From Erysipelotrichaceae bacterium OH741_COT-311 (GTDB lineage Bacteria > Bacillota_I > Bacilli_A > Erysipelotrichales > Erysipelotrichaceae): DNA of 32,000 nucleotides. Location of the stretch: NCBI GenBank assembly GCA_003858585.1, contig RQZE01000009.1:1-32000 (forward strand), written 5' to 3'. The notes beneath the pieces are model-generated. The model was given only the letters and a program-made list of their open reading frames with translations, was not told where the DNA came from and ran no database searches. Positions 6,703-15,758 of this stretch are shown one piece after another. Numbering within the stretch: the first letter of the stretch is position 1; the number at the start of each line of letters is the position of its first letter. The position numbers and the translations under genes are program-made.

Positions 6703-7182
6703 ATGAAAAAAGCAACAAACAAAGGGGCTGTTGAGAAAAAACCAGTTACGAAAAAAACGGTCGTGAAAAAAGAAGCACCTACTAAAAAATCAGTTGTAAA
6801 GAAAGACGCTGTTAAGAAGGTGCCTGTTAAAAAAGTAGCTGAAAAGAAAACGGCTGTGAAAAAAGAAGCACCTGCGAAAAAAGTAGTTGCGAAGAAAGAA
6901 GTTGTGAAGAAAACTACAACTAAAAAAGCAGTTACTCCTAAAAAAGAAGTAACAAAAAAACCGGTTGCAAAAAAGACAGAAACAAAAAAAGTTGCTGTAA
7001 AGAAAGAAACAGTTAAAAAAACACCTACTAAAAAAGTAGCTTCAAAGAAATCTGTGGCAAAAAAAGAACCAGTAGAAAAAAAGATAGTTACAAAAAAAGC
7101 TACAACAAAGAAAACGGTAACGAAAAGAGTAACTGCACCAAAGAAGACAGTTACAAAGAAAGCTACAACAAAGAGTAAGTAA
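6703..7182 (+). CDS. Lys-rich low-complexity repeat protein (histone H1-like / KKxV repeats)
   Basis: Strong SD GGAGGA. 159 aa built almost entirely of K, V, T, A, P, E in units such as VVKKEAPxKK and TKKATTK. Repeated DNA blocks (GTGAAAAAAGAAGCACCT occurs twice, about 90 bp apart). Confidence 0.7.
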   Translation: MKKATNKGAVEKKPVTKKTVVKKEAPTKKSVVKKDAVKKVPVKKVAEKKTAVKKEAPAKKVVAKKEVVKKTTTKKAVTPKKEVTKKPVAKKTETKKVAVKKETVKKTPTKKVASKKSVAKKEPVEKKIVTKKATTKKTVTKRVTAPKKTVTKKATTKSK

Positions 7183-7186
7183 TATA

Positions 7187-7210
7187 AGGTCTATTTAGAC
7201 CTTTTTATTA
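7187..7210. terminator. Bidirectional terminator between convergent genes
   Basis: AGGTCT-ATTT-AGACCT hairpin (7187-7202) followed by TTTTATTATT. Overlaps the stop of the minus-strand ORF. Confidence 0.55.
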
Positions 7211-7700
7211 TTATGAATAGTAAAGTATTGATTAAAATGGTGTAGGATACTTGAAATAGGGTGTTAATTGCTCCATAATGTAGCACTTCAGTTCCGAGAA
7301 TAAAAGCGATACCTATATACAGTGATAAATAATTTTTTTCAAAATAAAAAAGTGTGTAAATGATGTGTAGATTTAAAAGTATAAAGCTTAAATAACCGGC
7401 TAGGACGTGAAGATTGCTTATGATGGGATATTTTGTTAAATGGTAGGGTGTCAAAATTGTTAAACAGGAAGCAATAACAATGGGAAAGTAATATTGTAAT
7501 TTAAAATTAGGATTCAATTTTTTAAAAGCTATAAAATAGTAAAGAAGGTTAATGACTAACCAAATAAGTACACTGAGAAATTGTTGTTTATGATTTACCA
7601 GGTGAGTAAAATTAGTTGTAAAGGGATTACTGCTTTTTAATAAAAGAAGGGTATATAAAATGGATATTCCATAAAGTATGTGTGTGTTATATTTTTTCAT
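7191..7700 (-). CDS. Hypothetical polytopic membrane protein (about 5 TM segments)
   Basis: 169-aa hydrophobic ORF, divergent from the thioredoxin-fold lipoprotein gene. No motif recognised. Confidence 0.6.
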   Translation of the reverse strand: MKKYNTHILYGISILYTLLLLKSSNPFTTNFTHLVNHKQQFLSVLIWLVINLLYYFIAFKKLNPNFKLQYYFPIVIASCLTILTPYHLTKYPIISNLHVLAGYLSFILLNLHIIYTLFYFEKNYLSLYIGIAFILGTEVLHYGAINTLFQVSYTILINTLLFIIIKRSK

Positions 7701-7774
7701 GTTTATATTTTATCATAAACTTGTTGTTTTATTATGTGTTTAGTTGTAAGATAGTTATAAATTTAGGAGGTAGT

Positions 7775-8389
7775 ATGAAAAAATTTTTAATCCTATTAAT
7801 GGCACTGTGGATGATGGTTGGATGTAATCAAGTAACAAAAGAGCACAGTAATCAAGATGGTCCTTGTGATATAGAAGTTCCATGTCAAGAGTTTGACTAT
7901 CGTTTAAAAGATGTCAAGCAAGTATATGCAGATATGAGTGCATATAAAGATTTTGATGCCAAACAGCATGTGTTTGTAGAAATTAGCTTGGAAAGAGCGA
8001 TTGCTGTTTTCAAACAGAAAGAATCCGCATTCTTATATTTTGGTTTTCCGAAATGTCCTTGGTGTGTAGATGCACTTCCGATTTTGAATCAAGTGGCTCT
8101 TGATCACAAGGTTGAAGTTATCTATTATATTGATATGCGTAAAGAAGATAATATGAAGGAAGAGTTAAAGAATGAAATTGTGGAGATCATGAAGGAAGAT
8201 TTATGGTTAGATAAAGAGACAAATAAGCCTCGATTGTATGTTCCGGATGTTGCGGTGGTAAAGGATGGGGTGCTTGTAAAGAATCATGTTGCTACGGTTG
8301 AAGGACACAATGCGAAAGAACGTAAAATGAATGAAGAAGAATCAAAAGAGTTATATCGTATTTATGAGGAAATGCTAACACTAAAGTAA
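7775..8389 (+). CDS. Thioredoxin-fold lipoprotein with CPWC active-site motif
   Basis: Start moved to the ATG at 7775 (AGGAGG 6 nt upstream). Signal peptide plus lipobox MKKFLILLMALWMMVGC. FGFPKCPWCVDALP matches a thioredoxin CxxC context. Confidence 0.75.
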   Translation: MKKFLILLMALWMMVGCNQVTKEHSNQDGPCDIEVPCQEFDYRLKDVKQVYADMSAYKDFDAKQHVFVEISLERAIAVFKQKESAFLYFGFPKCPWCVDALPILNQVALDHKVEVIYYIDMRKEDNMKEELKNEIVEIMKEDLWLDKETNKPRLYVPDVAVVKDGVLVKNHVATVEGHNAKERKMNEEESKELYRIYEEMLTLK

Positions 8390-8396
8390 AAAATAA

Positions 8397-8434
8397 ACGC
8401 TACTTACAGTTGTGATAAGTAGCGTTTTGTTTTC
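8397..8434. terminator. Bidirectional intrinsic terminator
   Basis: Perfect 10-bp stem ACGCTACTTA / TAAGTAGCGT with a 9-nt loop, then TTTGTTTTC. An A-run upstream serves the minus strand (udp). Confidence 0.7.
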
Positions 8435-8447
8435 TTTAGAGCTTAAT

Positions 8448-9227
8448 TTATACAGCTTGATCTTGTTTGATTAATGTACGAATCGCATCAATCGCTATTT
8501 TAATGGCGATATCGGTATCGTGATGTTGGATGTTTTCAAGACCTAATTTTTCTCTTTCCTGATTGGCAACGACTAAGAAAATAGATCCACAACGTACTTT
8601 TAAATAAGAGGCAACAACAAATAAGGCAGCAGATTCCATTTCACTGGCTTTCGTGCCTAAGCGAATCCAAGCATCCCATTTGCGATTTAGTTCGATATGG
8701 TTTGGTAACTCATCCGGTTTATGTTGTCCGTAAAAAGCATCTTTACATTGCACAACACCAGCATGATAAGCTGCATTTGCTTTTTTGCAACTTTGCACTA
8801 ATGCATTTGTGATGTCTAAATCAGCGATTGCCGGGAATTCAATAGGAGCATATTCTTTGCTTGTTCCTTCAAATCGAATAGCTCCTGTTGCCACTACGAC
8901 ATCGCCACCTTTGACATCAATGCCAATACCACCACATGTACCCACACGAATAAATGTCTTAGCTCCACATTTCACCAATTCTTCCATTGCGATGGAAGCA
9001 CTGGGACCACCAATTCCGGTAGAGGTTACACTGACTTTTACACCATCTAAATAACCAGTGTAGGTTACATATTCTCTGCTATCCGCAATTAAGACCGGAT
9101 TATCGAAATATTGAGCAATTTTAGCGCATCGTTTTGGATCTCCTGGAAGCAATACATATTCTCCAATTTCACCTTGACCTACTTGAATGTGATATTGTTT
9201 TCCTGACCCTTGAGTATAATCTATCAT
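8448..9227 (-). CDS. udp: Uridine phosphorylase (PNP/UDP family 1)
   Basis: Collinear with E. coli Udp from memory: [30 protein letters not shown], plus the Udp-type insertion before EMES. Confidence 0.8.
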   Translation of the reverse strand: MIDYTQGSGKQYHIQVGQGEIGEYVLLPGDPKRCAKIAQYFDNPVLIADSREYVTYTGYLDGVKVSVTSTGIGGPSASIAMEELVKCGAKTFIRVGTCGGIGIDVKGGDVVVATGAIRFEGTSKEYAPIEFPAIADLDITNALVQSCKKANAAYHAGVVQCKDAFYGQHKPDELPNHIELNRKWDAWIRLGTKASEMESAALFVVASYLKVRCGSIFLVVANQEREKLGLENIQHHDTDIAIKIAIDAIRTLIKQDQAV

Positions 9228-9298
9228 TTTCTAATCTCCTTATATAATTATATTTATTATAGCGTATTTATAATGAATCGAAAATAAATTTTAGATCT

Positions 9299-9835
9299 TT
9301 ATAAATCACGCAGTTTAACACATGGATTTCCTCCGTAAAGACCATCCTGTTCTAAGCTTTGTTGGACAAAGGTATTTGCTAATACAACAACATTATTACC
9401 AATACATACTCCGGGATGAATGGTAACATTGGCTCCAATCCATACATTATTTCCAATCGTGACCGGAGCTTTAAATTCATAGCCTGTATTACGAATGTTA
9501 AAATCAAATGGATGACTTCCACAACGTATACAACAATTTTCATCAATAAAAACATAGTTACCGATTGTTACTTTTTCATTATCCATAATCTGTAGATTAT
9601 GTTTACTTGAAAAGTGATGTCCTATATAGATGTTGCTTCCGTAATTACAATAAAAAGGTGGTTCGATGTGAAAGGTTTCTTCAATATGCAGGATTTGTTT
9701 TAATAGCGTTTCTTGTTCTAGGATTTGACTTGGTTTTAACTGATTGTATTGAAAACATAATTCTTGGCATTGTAAGCGTTTTTTTAGCTGTTCTTTGGTA
9801 TTTGGGTTATACATGATTTGTTCTTTATTTTTCAT
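9299..9835 (-). CDS. maa: Maltose/galactoside O-acetyltransferase (left-handed beta-helix)
   Basis: N-terminal Mac-domain pattern and hexapeptide repeats (VTIGNNVWIGANVTIHPGVCIGNNVVV...GGNPCV), collinear with E. coli Maa. Confidence 0.8.
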   Translation of the reverse strand: MKNKEQIMYNPNTKEQLKKRLQCQELCFQYNQLKPSQILEQETLLKQILHIEETFHIEPPFYCNYGSNIYIGHHFSSKHNLQIMDNEKVTIGNYVFIDENCCIRCGSHPFDFNIRNTGYEFKAPVTIGNNVWIGANVTIHPGVCIGNNVVVLANTFVQQSLEQDGLYGGNPCVKLRDL

Positions 9836-9875
9836 AAAATCGCCTCTATAATTATTATAACAAAGGAATAAAGAG

Positions 9876-10649
9876 ATGTTTATGAAATATACCGTAATTA
9901 CAGGTGCTAGCAGTGGACTTGGTTATCATTTTGCTTATGTAGCAGCAAAACATAATCATAATTTAATTTTAATTGCACGCAATTTTGAACAATTGAAAAA
10001 GATCCAAAAAGATATAATGCATCAGTATAATATCGATGTAGTATGTATAAAGTGTGATTTGATTTAACAAAATGAAAGAAATGCTATCTTAAAAGAATTA
10101 GAAGCTTATGATATTGATGTCTTAATCAATAATGCCGGTAAAGGATTTTATGGTTGCTTTGTTGAGGGGAGTGCTTTTGATATATTGGATATGATTGATT
10201 TAAATATCAAGGCATTGGTTCATCTAACACATACACTAGCAAAAGAAATGGTCAAGAAGAAACAGGGTTATATTTTAAATGTTGCTTCAGTAGCATCCTT
10301 TATGCCAGGACCTTTTATGAGTGTGTATTATGCCAGCAAATCCTTCGTGTTATCTTTTTCATTGGCTTTACAAAAAGAATTACAAGGAAGTGGTGTCTTT
10401 GTTACAACACTATGTCCTGGACCAACGAAAACATCATTTGCAACGAATGCCAATATTCATAATCATTTTTTAGCTAGCAAATTTCAAGATGATGGATATA
10501 AAGTAGCTTCTTATGGATTTTTGGCTATGTTAAAAAGAAAAAAAGTATGCACGTATGGTTGGAAAAATAAAATATACGTAGCTTTAGGGCGTATATTACC
10601 AATACGCTTTGTTACCAATATGGTGTATTATTTACAAAAATATCGATAA
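9876..10649 (+). pseudogene. Short-chain dehydrogenase/reductase interrupted by one in-frame TAA
   Basis: ORFs 9876-10067 (TGASSGLG Rossmann motif) and 10185-10649 (YxxxK in YYASK) share one frame. Reading through TAA 10065-10067 gives CDLI*QNERNAILKELEAYDIDVLINNAGKG, the expected SDR middle (NNAG). Confidence 0.75.
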
Positions 10650-10685
10650 AAAGAAAAAAGCCCAACAAGGCTTTAAAATTTTATA

Positions 10686-10759
10686 TGGCAGGGGTGGAGA
10701 GGATCGAACTCCCGTCTGTGGTTTTGGAGACCATCATACTACCATTGTACTACACCCCT
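10686..10759 (-). tRNA. tRNA-Trp (anticodon CCA), CCA encoded
   Basis: Manual fold: acceptor AGGGGTG/CACCCCT, anticodon loop CTCCAAA, T arm GGGAG-TTCGATC-CTCTC. 74 nt. Confidence 0.85.
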
Positions 10760-10763
10760 AAAT

Positions 10764-10840
10764 TGGTGACTCGTACGGGATTCGAACCCGTGAATGACGC
10801 CGTGAAAGGGCGCTGTGTTAAACCACTTCACCAACGAGCC
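10764..10840 (-). tRNA. tRNA-Glu (anticodon UUC), CCA encoded
   Basis: Manual fold: acceptor GGCTCGT/ACGAGTC, anticodon stem GCGCC/GGCGT with loop CTTTCAC, T arm ACGGG-TTCGAAT-CCCGT. 77 nt. Resembles B. subtilis tRNA-Glu from memory. Confidence 0.85.
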
Positions 10841-10920
10841 ATCAATTGCTTAAAAATAATAACACAATATAGGAATGAATTCAACTAGAAAATAAAAAGT
10901 ATTTTCTATATAATGAATGC

Positions 10921-11376
10921 ATGAAAAAAATATATTTAATACTCATACTATTTTTCTTGGTTGCATGTAGTGAAGACACTATCTTTTTTAAGGTACAAAA
11001 AAATCCTGAAGTTTTAGGAATACGGATGGAAATAGAAAATTCGAATTGTTTTTACAAGGTTCAACAAGAGGATGTAAAAGCGTTACTGCAGGATGGATAT
11101 GGACCATTATTAATTTTTGATAAAGATTTTATGTATTATCATGTGTTAAATGATGTTTGTAGTGATTATAAGCATGATATTTATGTTTATGAAAATGATC
11201 AACAACTCAATGCATACTTTTATCGTTTTTTAAATCAAAATCAGTTAGACACACCGGTTTTATTTATGATTCATCAGGGTCATGTAGTGGGTCATATGTA
11301 TTTTGATAATCAAACGGATAAAGAAATCTACAAAACTTATGTACAATTGTTGAGGCATATTAAGGAGGATTTCTAA
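10921..11376 (+). CDS. Lipoprotein, possibly thioredoxin-like fold without CxxC
   Basis: Signal peptide plus lipobox MKKIYLILILFFLVAC. Stop overlaps the next start (TAATG). Confidence 0.65.
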   Translation: MKKIYLILILFFLVACSEDTIFFKVQKNPEVLGIRMEIENSNCFYKVQQEDVKALLQDGYGPLLIFDKDFMYYHVLNDVCSDYKHDIYVYENDQQLNAYFYRFLNQNQLDTPVLFMIHQGHVVGHMYFDNQTDKEIYKTYVQLLRHIKEDF

Positions 11377-11909
11377 TGTATTTCAAATTATTTGTAGCGT
11401 TTTTTAAAATAGGTTTATTTACCTTTGGTGGTGGTTATGCTATGTTACCGATGATTCAAAAAGAACTGATTGAAAAAAGAGGTTGGGCAAGCGAAGAAGA
11501 AATTTTAAATTACTATGCCATAGGACAGTGTACACCAGGGGTCATTGCGGTGAATACGGCTACTTTAATCGGTTATAAATTTAAGGGAGTTTTAGGTGGT
11601 GTAATTGCTACCTTGGGAGTAATTACACCTTCACTTATCATCATTATGCTTTTTGCGGTAACATTAACTAATATTCAAGATGTTTTCATTGTAAAACATG
11701 CTTTAGGGGGTATTAAAATTGCAGTTTGTGTTTTGATGGCTGTTTCTATCTATAAGTTATATAAGAGTGCTGTTAAAAATTATATAGGTTTCATGATGTT
11801 TTTCGCTTCTTTTATATGTGTGTATGTTTTTAAAGTTTCACAAGTTGCTATTATCATAGCGACTTCTTTGCTAACAATAGGTTATCTTTATTTTCATAAG
11901 GAGGCATAA
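11376..11909 (+). CDS. chrA: Chromate transporter (CHR family, short-chain half 1)
   Basis: FGGGYAMLPMIQKELIEKRGW signature, polytopic, paired with a second half-size CHR gene. Confidence 0.8.
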   Translation: MYFKLFVAFFKIGLFTFGGGYAMLPMIQKELIEKRGWASEEEILNYYAIGQCTPGVIAVNTATLIGYKFKGVLGGVIATLGVITPSLIIIMLFAVTLTNIQDVFIVKHALGGIKIAVCVLMAVSIYKLYKSAVKNYIGFMMFFASFICVYVFKVSQVAIIIATSLLTIGYLYFHKEA

Positions 11910-11911
11910 GC

Positions 11912-12481
11912 ATGTACGTTATTTTGGATTTGTTTCTAGCTTTTTTTAAAACAGGACTATTTGCCATTGGTGGTGGACTTGCGACCATTTCTTTTATTTC
12001 AGAAATAGGAAGGACCTATCAATGGTTTGATACTGATGTTTTAACAATGATGATTGCCGTAAGTGAATCAACACCGGGTCCTTTAGGAATTAATATGGCA
12101 ACGTATGTTGGTTATCGTGTATATGGTGTAGTGGGAGCGTTGGTTGCTACTGGTTCTTTGGTGTTACCTAGCATCATTATTATCAGTATGATTGGTAAAA
12201 TGTTAGATCGATTTCAAAACAGCATGTATGTACAAGGTATCTTTCGTATGATTAAGCCAATCGTCTTAGGTTTTATTTTTTCAGCTTGTTTAAATATTTT
12301 TTTGATAGCTTTTTTTAATCATGAGGCATACAATACAAGTAGAAATATATTTGAGGCAATTCATATTAAATCTATTGTTTTGTTTGCAATAGGTGTATTT
12401 GTTTATCAAAAATATAAAAAAATGCACCCTATTGTTGTCATTATTAGTTTTGCATTGCTAGGTATTATATTTAAATTATAG
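11912..12481 (+). CDS. chrA: Chromate transporter (CHR family, short-chain half 2)
   Basis: GLFAIGGGLATISFI and ESTPGPLGIN motifs, polytopic, starts 2 nt after the partner gene. Confidence 0.8.
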   Translation: MYVILDLFLAFFKTGLFAIGGGLATISFISEIGRTYQWFDTDVLTMMIAVSESTPGPLGINMATYVGYRVYGVVGALVATGSLVLPSIIIISMIGKMLDRFQNSMYVQGIFRMIKPIVLGFIFSACLNIFLIAFFNHEAYNTSRNIFEAIHIKSIVLFAIGVFVYQKYKKMHPIVVIISFALLGIIFKL

Positions 12482-12490
12482 GAGGTTGTT

Positions 12491-13330
12491 ATGACAAGTT
12501 TAGTACTAGAAGGTGGTTCATTAAGAGGTATTTTTACTGCGGGTGTTTTAGATGCATTTTTAGAGAATGATATTGAATTTGATTATGTCATTGGTGTAAG
12601 TGCAGGAATTAGTAATGCTGCATCATATATTTCAAAACAAAAAGGGCGTAATATGGAAATTTTACGTCGTTATCGTAACGATGCTCGTTATGTTAGTTTA
12701 AATAATATCATCAAAGATCGTAGTATCTTTGGGATTGATTTTGTATTTAAACAAATTCCTCATGAGTTATTACCTTTTGATTATGAAACGTTTAAGGCTT
12801 TTCCGGGTAAATTTCTAGCTGGAGCGACGAATGCACATACCGGTGAAATAGAATATTTCGAATGTAGTGAACTAGAAGATCCAACGGCTCCTTTTATTGC
12901 CACATGTTCAATACCGGGAATGTTTCCACCGGTTAAAATCAATGATGAGTTTTATTTTGATGGTGGAGTTAGTGATTCTATACCTATTTTAAAAGCGATT
13001 GAAGATGGCAATAAAAAGCATGTCATTATTTTGACACAACCGCTTCATTTCCAAAAGAAACTAGATTCTAAAACAAAATTAATTATGAAAGGGTTAAAAC
13101 GTAAGTATCCTAAAATCTCATTTCGTTTAAGTAGAAGACATTTAGTTTATAATGAAATTATTAAATTCATTCATAAATTAGAAGCTTTGAATCATGCGAT
13201 TGTTTTACAACCATCTTTTGCGATTGATTCTATGGAAAAAGACATCAATAAGTTAGAAGCTGCTTATTTTGAGGGTAAGAAGGTTGCTTATGAAAATATG
13301 AGTAAAATTAAAGCGTTTATGAAGGAGTAA
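12491..13330 (+). CDS. Patatin-like phospholipase family protein
   Basis: LEGGSLRG (oxyanion GGxxRG), GVSAG (GxSxG nucleophile) and DGG (catalytic Asp) motifs. Confidence 0.8.
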   Translation: MTSLVLEGGSLRGIFTAGVLDAFLENDIEFDYVIGVSAGISNAASYISKQKGRNMEILRRYRNDARYVSLNNIIKDRSIFGIDFVFKQIPHELLPFDYETFKAFPGKFLAGATNAHTGEIEYFECSELEDPTAPFIATCSIPGMFPPVKINDEFYFDGGVSDSIPILKAIEDGNKKHVIILTQPLHFQKKLDSKTKLIMKGLKRKYPKISFRLSRRHLVYNEIIKFIHKLEALNHAIVLQPSFAIDSMEKDINKLEAAYFEGKKVAYENMSKIKAFMKE

Positions 13331-13333
13331 GTC

Positions 13334-14134
13334 ATGGAATATAAATTAATTATTAGTGATATGGATGGAACATTACTGCATGATGATAAGACATTGCCTT
13401 TAAGATTTTATTCTATGCTGCAAGCTTTAAAAGAAAAGGGTGTATGTTTTGCCATAGCAAGCGGGCGTAGTTTAAGTGCGATTAAAAATGTGTTTGATAC
13501 AGACTTAGACATCGATTATATCTGTGAAAACGGCAATTATGTAGTCAGTAATCATCAAACGCTGTATCAATCCATTATTCATCCTGACTTAGTGAAAAAA
13601 GTTATTGATTTTACAGATGGATTAGAGGATGTCGATATCTTTTTATGCAGTAAAGATAAAACCTATTCTCGTAAAGAAAAGGACATTCATCCAGATAATT
13701 TAGCTGAATCCATGCATTATATTCATAATAAAATTGAAGTGGATGATCTGCGATTGGTAAAGGATGACATCATTAAAATTTGTTTATGTAATACCAATGG
13801 TATTGCAAAACACTATGAATCTTTATCGTTGTTAAAAGGGGAATTGGAAGTGGTGATTTCTGCTTTTCAATGGATTGATGTGTTTAATGTAGGAAATAGT
13901 AAGGGGCATGGTGTTAAACGATTATTAAAACATTATCAAATGAAACCGGAAGAAGTGGTATGTTTTGGTGATTATTCAAATGATATAGAGATGTTTGAAT
14001 TAATACCACAAAGTTATGCTACAAAGAATGCTGTTGAGGAGTTAAAGGTCTTGGCTACTCAAGTTATTGGAAGCAATAATGAAGAGGCAGTGATTGATAA
14101 GATTATTGAATTGTTTGAATTAAAGATTGGCTAA
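13334..14134 (+). CDS. Cof-type HAD-IIB phosphatase
   Basis: ISDMDGTLL motif I, SGR motif II, GDYSNDIEMF motif IV. Confidence 0.8.
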   Translation: MEYKLIISDMDGTLLHDDKTLPLRFYSMLQALKEKGVCFAIASGRSLSAIKNVFDTDLDIDYICENGNYVVSNHQTLYQSIIHPDLVKKVIDFTDGLEDVDIFLCSKDKTYSRKEKDIHPDNLAESMHYIHNKIEVDDLRLVKDDIIKICLCNTNGIAKHYESLSLLKGELEVVISAFQWIDVFNVGNSKGHGVKRLLKHYQMKPEEVVCFGDYSNDIEMFELIPQSYATKNAVEELKVLATQVIGSNNEEAVIDKIIELFELKIG

Positions 14135-14146
14135 CCAATCTTTTTT
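14124..14146 (+). terminator. Intrinsic terminator
   Basis: AGATTGG-CTAA-CCAATCT followed by TTTTT. Overlaps the Cof stop codon. Confidence 0.65.
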
Positions 14147-14187
14147 CGTGTTTTTTAATTTTGTAACTATAATGGTTTGGAGGTTAT

Positions 14188-14868
14188 ATGAATTATCAAA
14201 TAAAAGAAATACCATTGCAAGAGCGTCCAAGAGAAAAAGCGATGGCTTATGGTGTAAAAACATTGAGTAATCGAGAGTTGCTTGCAATTATTATTCGTAG
14301 TGGTTATAGCGGAGTGAGCTCTTTGCAATTAGCAGATCAAATTTTGGTTTTGGCACAAGGAAGTAAGGGGTTAAAACGACTTCAAATGCAAGATTTAATG
14401 AAAGTGAAAGGCATAAAACAAGCCAAGGCTATAGAGATTTTAGCTTGCTTTGAATTGTCAAAACGTATTACATATGAACATTTAAGGAATACAGATGTGA
14501 TTGGATGTCCTGATGATTTAGTTCGTTGGTTGAATCATCAAATTGGACATGAATTTCAAGAACATTTTGTTGTGGTGTATTTAGATGTAAAGAATCAAAT
14601 TATTGATTTTTCGATGCTGTTTAAAGGAACGTTAGATCGTACTTTAATACATCCAAGGGAAATTTTTAAAGAAGCGGTTTTAAAAAGTGCTGCTTCCATT
14701 ATTGTAGCTCACAACCATCCAAGTGGAAGCTTAACACCATCTAAGGCAGATATTTCAATTACAGAACAGTTGGAAAAAGTTGGAAAGTTAATGAATATTC
14801 ATTTACAAGACCATATAATTGTTAATGGAACTTCTTTTTTCTCATTTAGGCAACAATCGTTATTGTAA
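14188..14868 (+). CDS. radC: RadC-family JAB-domain protein (UPF0758)
   Basis: N-terminal PRE+...LSNRELLAIIIRSG, HhH region, and C-terminal AHNHPSGSLTPSKADI JAMM motif. Located upstream of mreC as in Bacillus. Confidence 0.9.
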   Translation: MNYQIKEIPLQERPREKAMAYGVKTLSNRELLAIIIRSGYSGVSSLQLADQILVLAQGSKGLKRLQMQDLMKVKGIKQAKAIEILACFELSKRITYEHLRNTDVIGCPDDLVRWLNHQIGHEFQEHFVVVYLDVKNQIIDFSMLFKGTLDRTLIHPREIFKEAVLKSAASIIVAHNHPSGSLTPSKADISITEQLEKVGKLMNIHLQDHIIVNGTSFFSFRQQSLL

Positions 14869-14900
14869 TTGTAAAATCATGGGTTGATGGTATAATTATA

Positions 14901-15758
14901 TTGGTGATAAGTTTGAAATTAAATACTTTTCAAAAGATATTATTATCCTTGATTGCAAGTGTGCTTTCATTATCTTTACTCTTAAATATTGTAAAAATAA
15001 CAACACCGATGAATCATATAAATCGTAAAGGTTATGGTTTGTTTTCAATGTTAAAATATACATTAATTGATGCCCCATTTCAAGCTGTGTTGGAATTTGG
15101 GTCATCTTTTTCCAATTTATGGACGGTTCATCAAGAAAATCAACAACTTCGTAAACAAATTGCAAATATTGCTAGTATGCAAGCAAGTATCAAAGAAGCT
15201 CAAAATCAAATCTCAGAACTAAAATCAATGTTAGATTTAAAAACCATTAATAACGAGTATTATTATGTTTCGGCAACTGTCTTAAGTCGTTCACCTGAAA
15301 CATATAATAACTTATTGACACTTGATGTTGGAACAAAAGATGGTGTTTTAGATAATCAAGCTGTGATTACGGCTTCCGGTTTGATTGGTAAGATTATAAA
15401 TGTATCAGAACATACTAGTGTAGTAAAGTTACTAACGACATCAGATGGTAAAAATAAAGTTTCTGTTAAGATTTTAATTAATGATAGTAATACGGCTGAT
15501 GCGATTTTAGAGAAATACGATGCCAATGAAAAAGCATACTATGTAGTTTTGTTAAATGCCAATACAACTATTACAGAAGGCATGCAAGTAGTAACAAGTG
15601 GTATGGGTGGGGTATTTCCAAGCGGATTATTAGTTGGTACGGTGGCAAAGATTGAAGAAATACCAAATGCAATCAGTATGAAAATTTTTGTAAAACCTAG
15701 TGCCGATTTTAATGATATTAATTATGTTAAAGTAGTTACAAAGGGGACTCAGCAATGA
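14901..15758 (+). CDS. mreC: Rod shape-determining protein MreC
   Basis: N-terminal TM helix, coiled-coil (ENQQLRKQIANIASMQASIKEAQNQISELK), beta-rich C-terminus with GMGGVFPSGLLVGTV. Start is uncertain (TTG 14901, GTG 14904 or TTG 14913). Confidence 0.85.
   Translation: MVISLKLNTFQKILLSLIASVLSLSLLLNIVKITTPMNHINRKGYGLFSMLKYTLIDAPFQAVLEFGSSFSNLWTVHQENQQLRKQIANIASMQASIKEAQNQISELKSMLDLKTINNEYYYVSATVLSRSPETYNNLLTLDVGTKDGVLDNQAVITASGLIGKIINVSEHTSVVKLLTTSDGKNKVSVKILINDSNTADAILEKYDANEKAYYVVLLNANTTITEGMQVVTSGMGGVFPSGLLVGTVAKIEEIPNAISMKIFVKPSADFNDINYVKVVTKGTQQ

Noticed and set aside
6703-7182. Repetitive DNA considered as a CRISPR array or other non-coding tandem array
   Set aside because: The repeats are degenerate and in-frame within an ORF that has a strong SD and a terminator. 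There is no repeat-spacer periodicity and no cas genes.
7682-7774. 31-codon N-terminal extension of the thioredoxin lipoprotein, overlapping the start of the minus-strand gene
   Set aside because: The internal ATG 7775 has an AGGAGG SD and yields a canonical lipoprotein signal peptide.
8785-9816. ORFs 8785-9054 (+) and 9607-9816 (+)
   Set aside because: They are antisense to udp and maa, both of which have strong homology-type motifs.
10685-10888. 67-aa plus-strand ORF
   Set aside because: It is the translation of the antisense strand of tRNA-Trp and tRNA-Glu; both tRNAs fold into full cloverleafs.
12491-13330. Patatin-like phospholipase considered as a CBASS-type defence effector
   Set aside because: No cyclase, E1/E2/JAB or other defence partner is adjacent. 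It lies in a housekeeping-looking operon with chrA halves and a Cof phosphatase.
14896-15165. ORF 14896-15165 (-)
   Set aside because: Antisense to the 5' part of mreC; no SD and no recognisable features.
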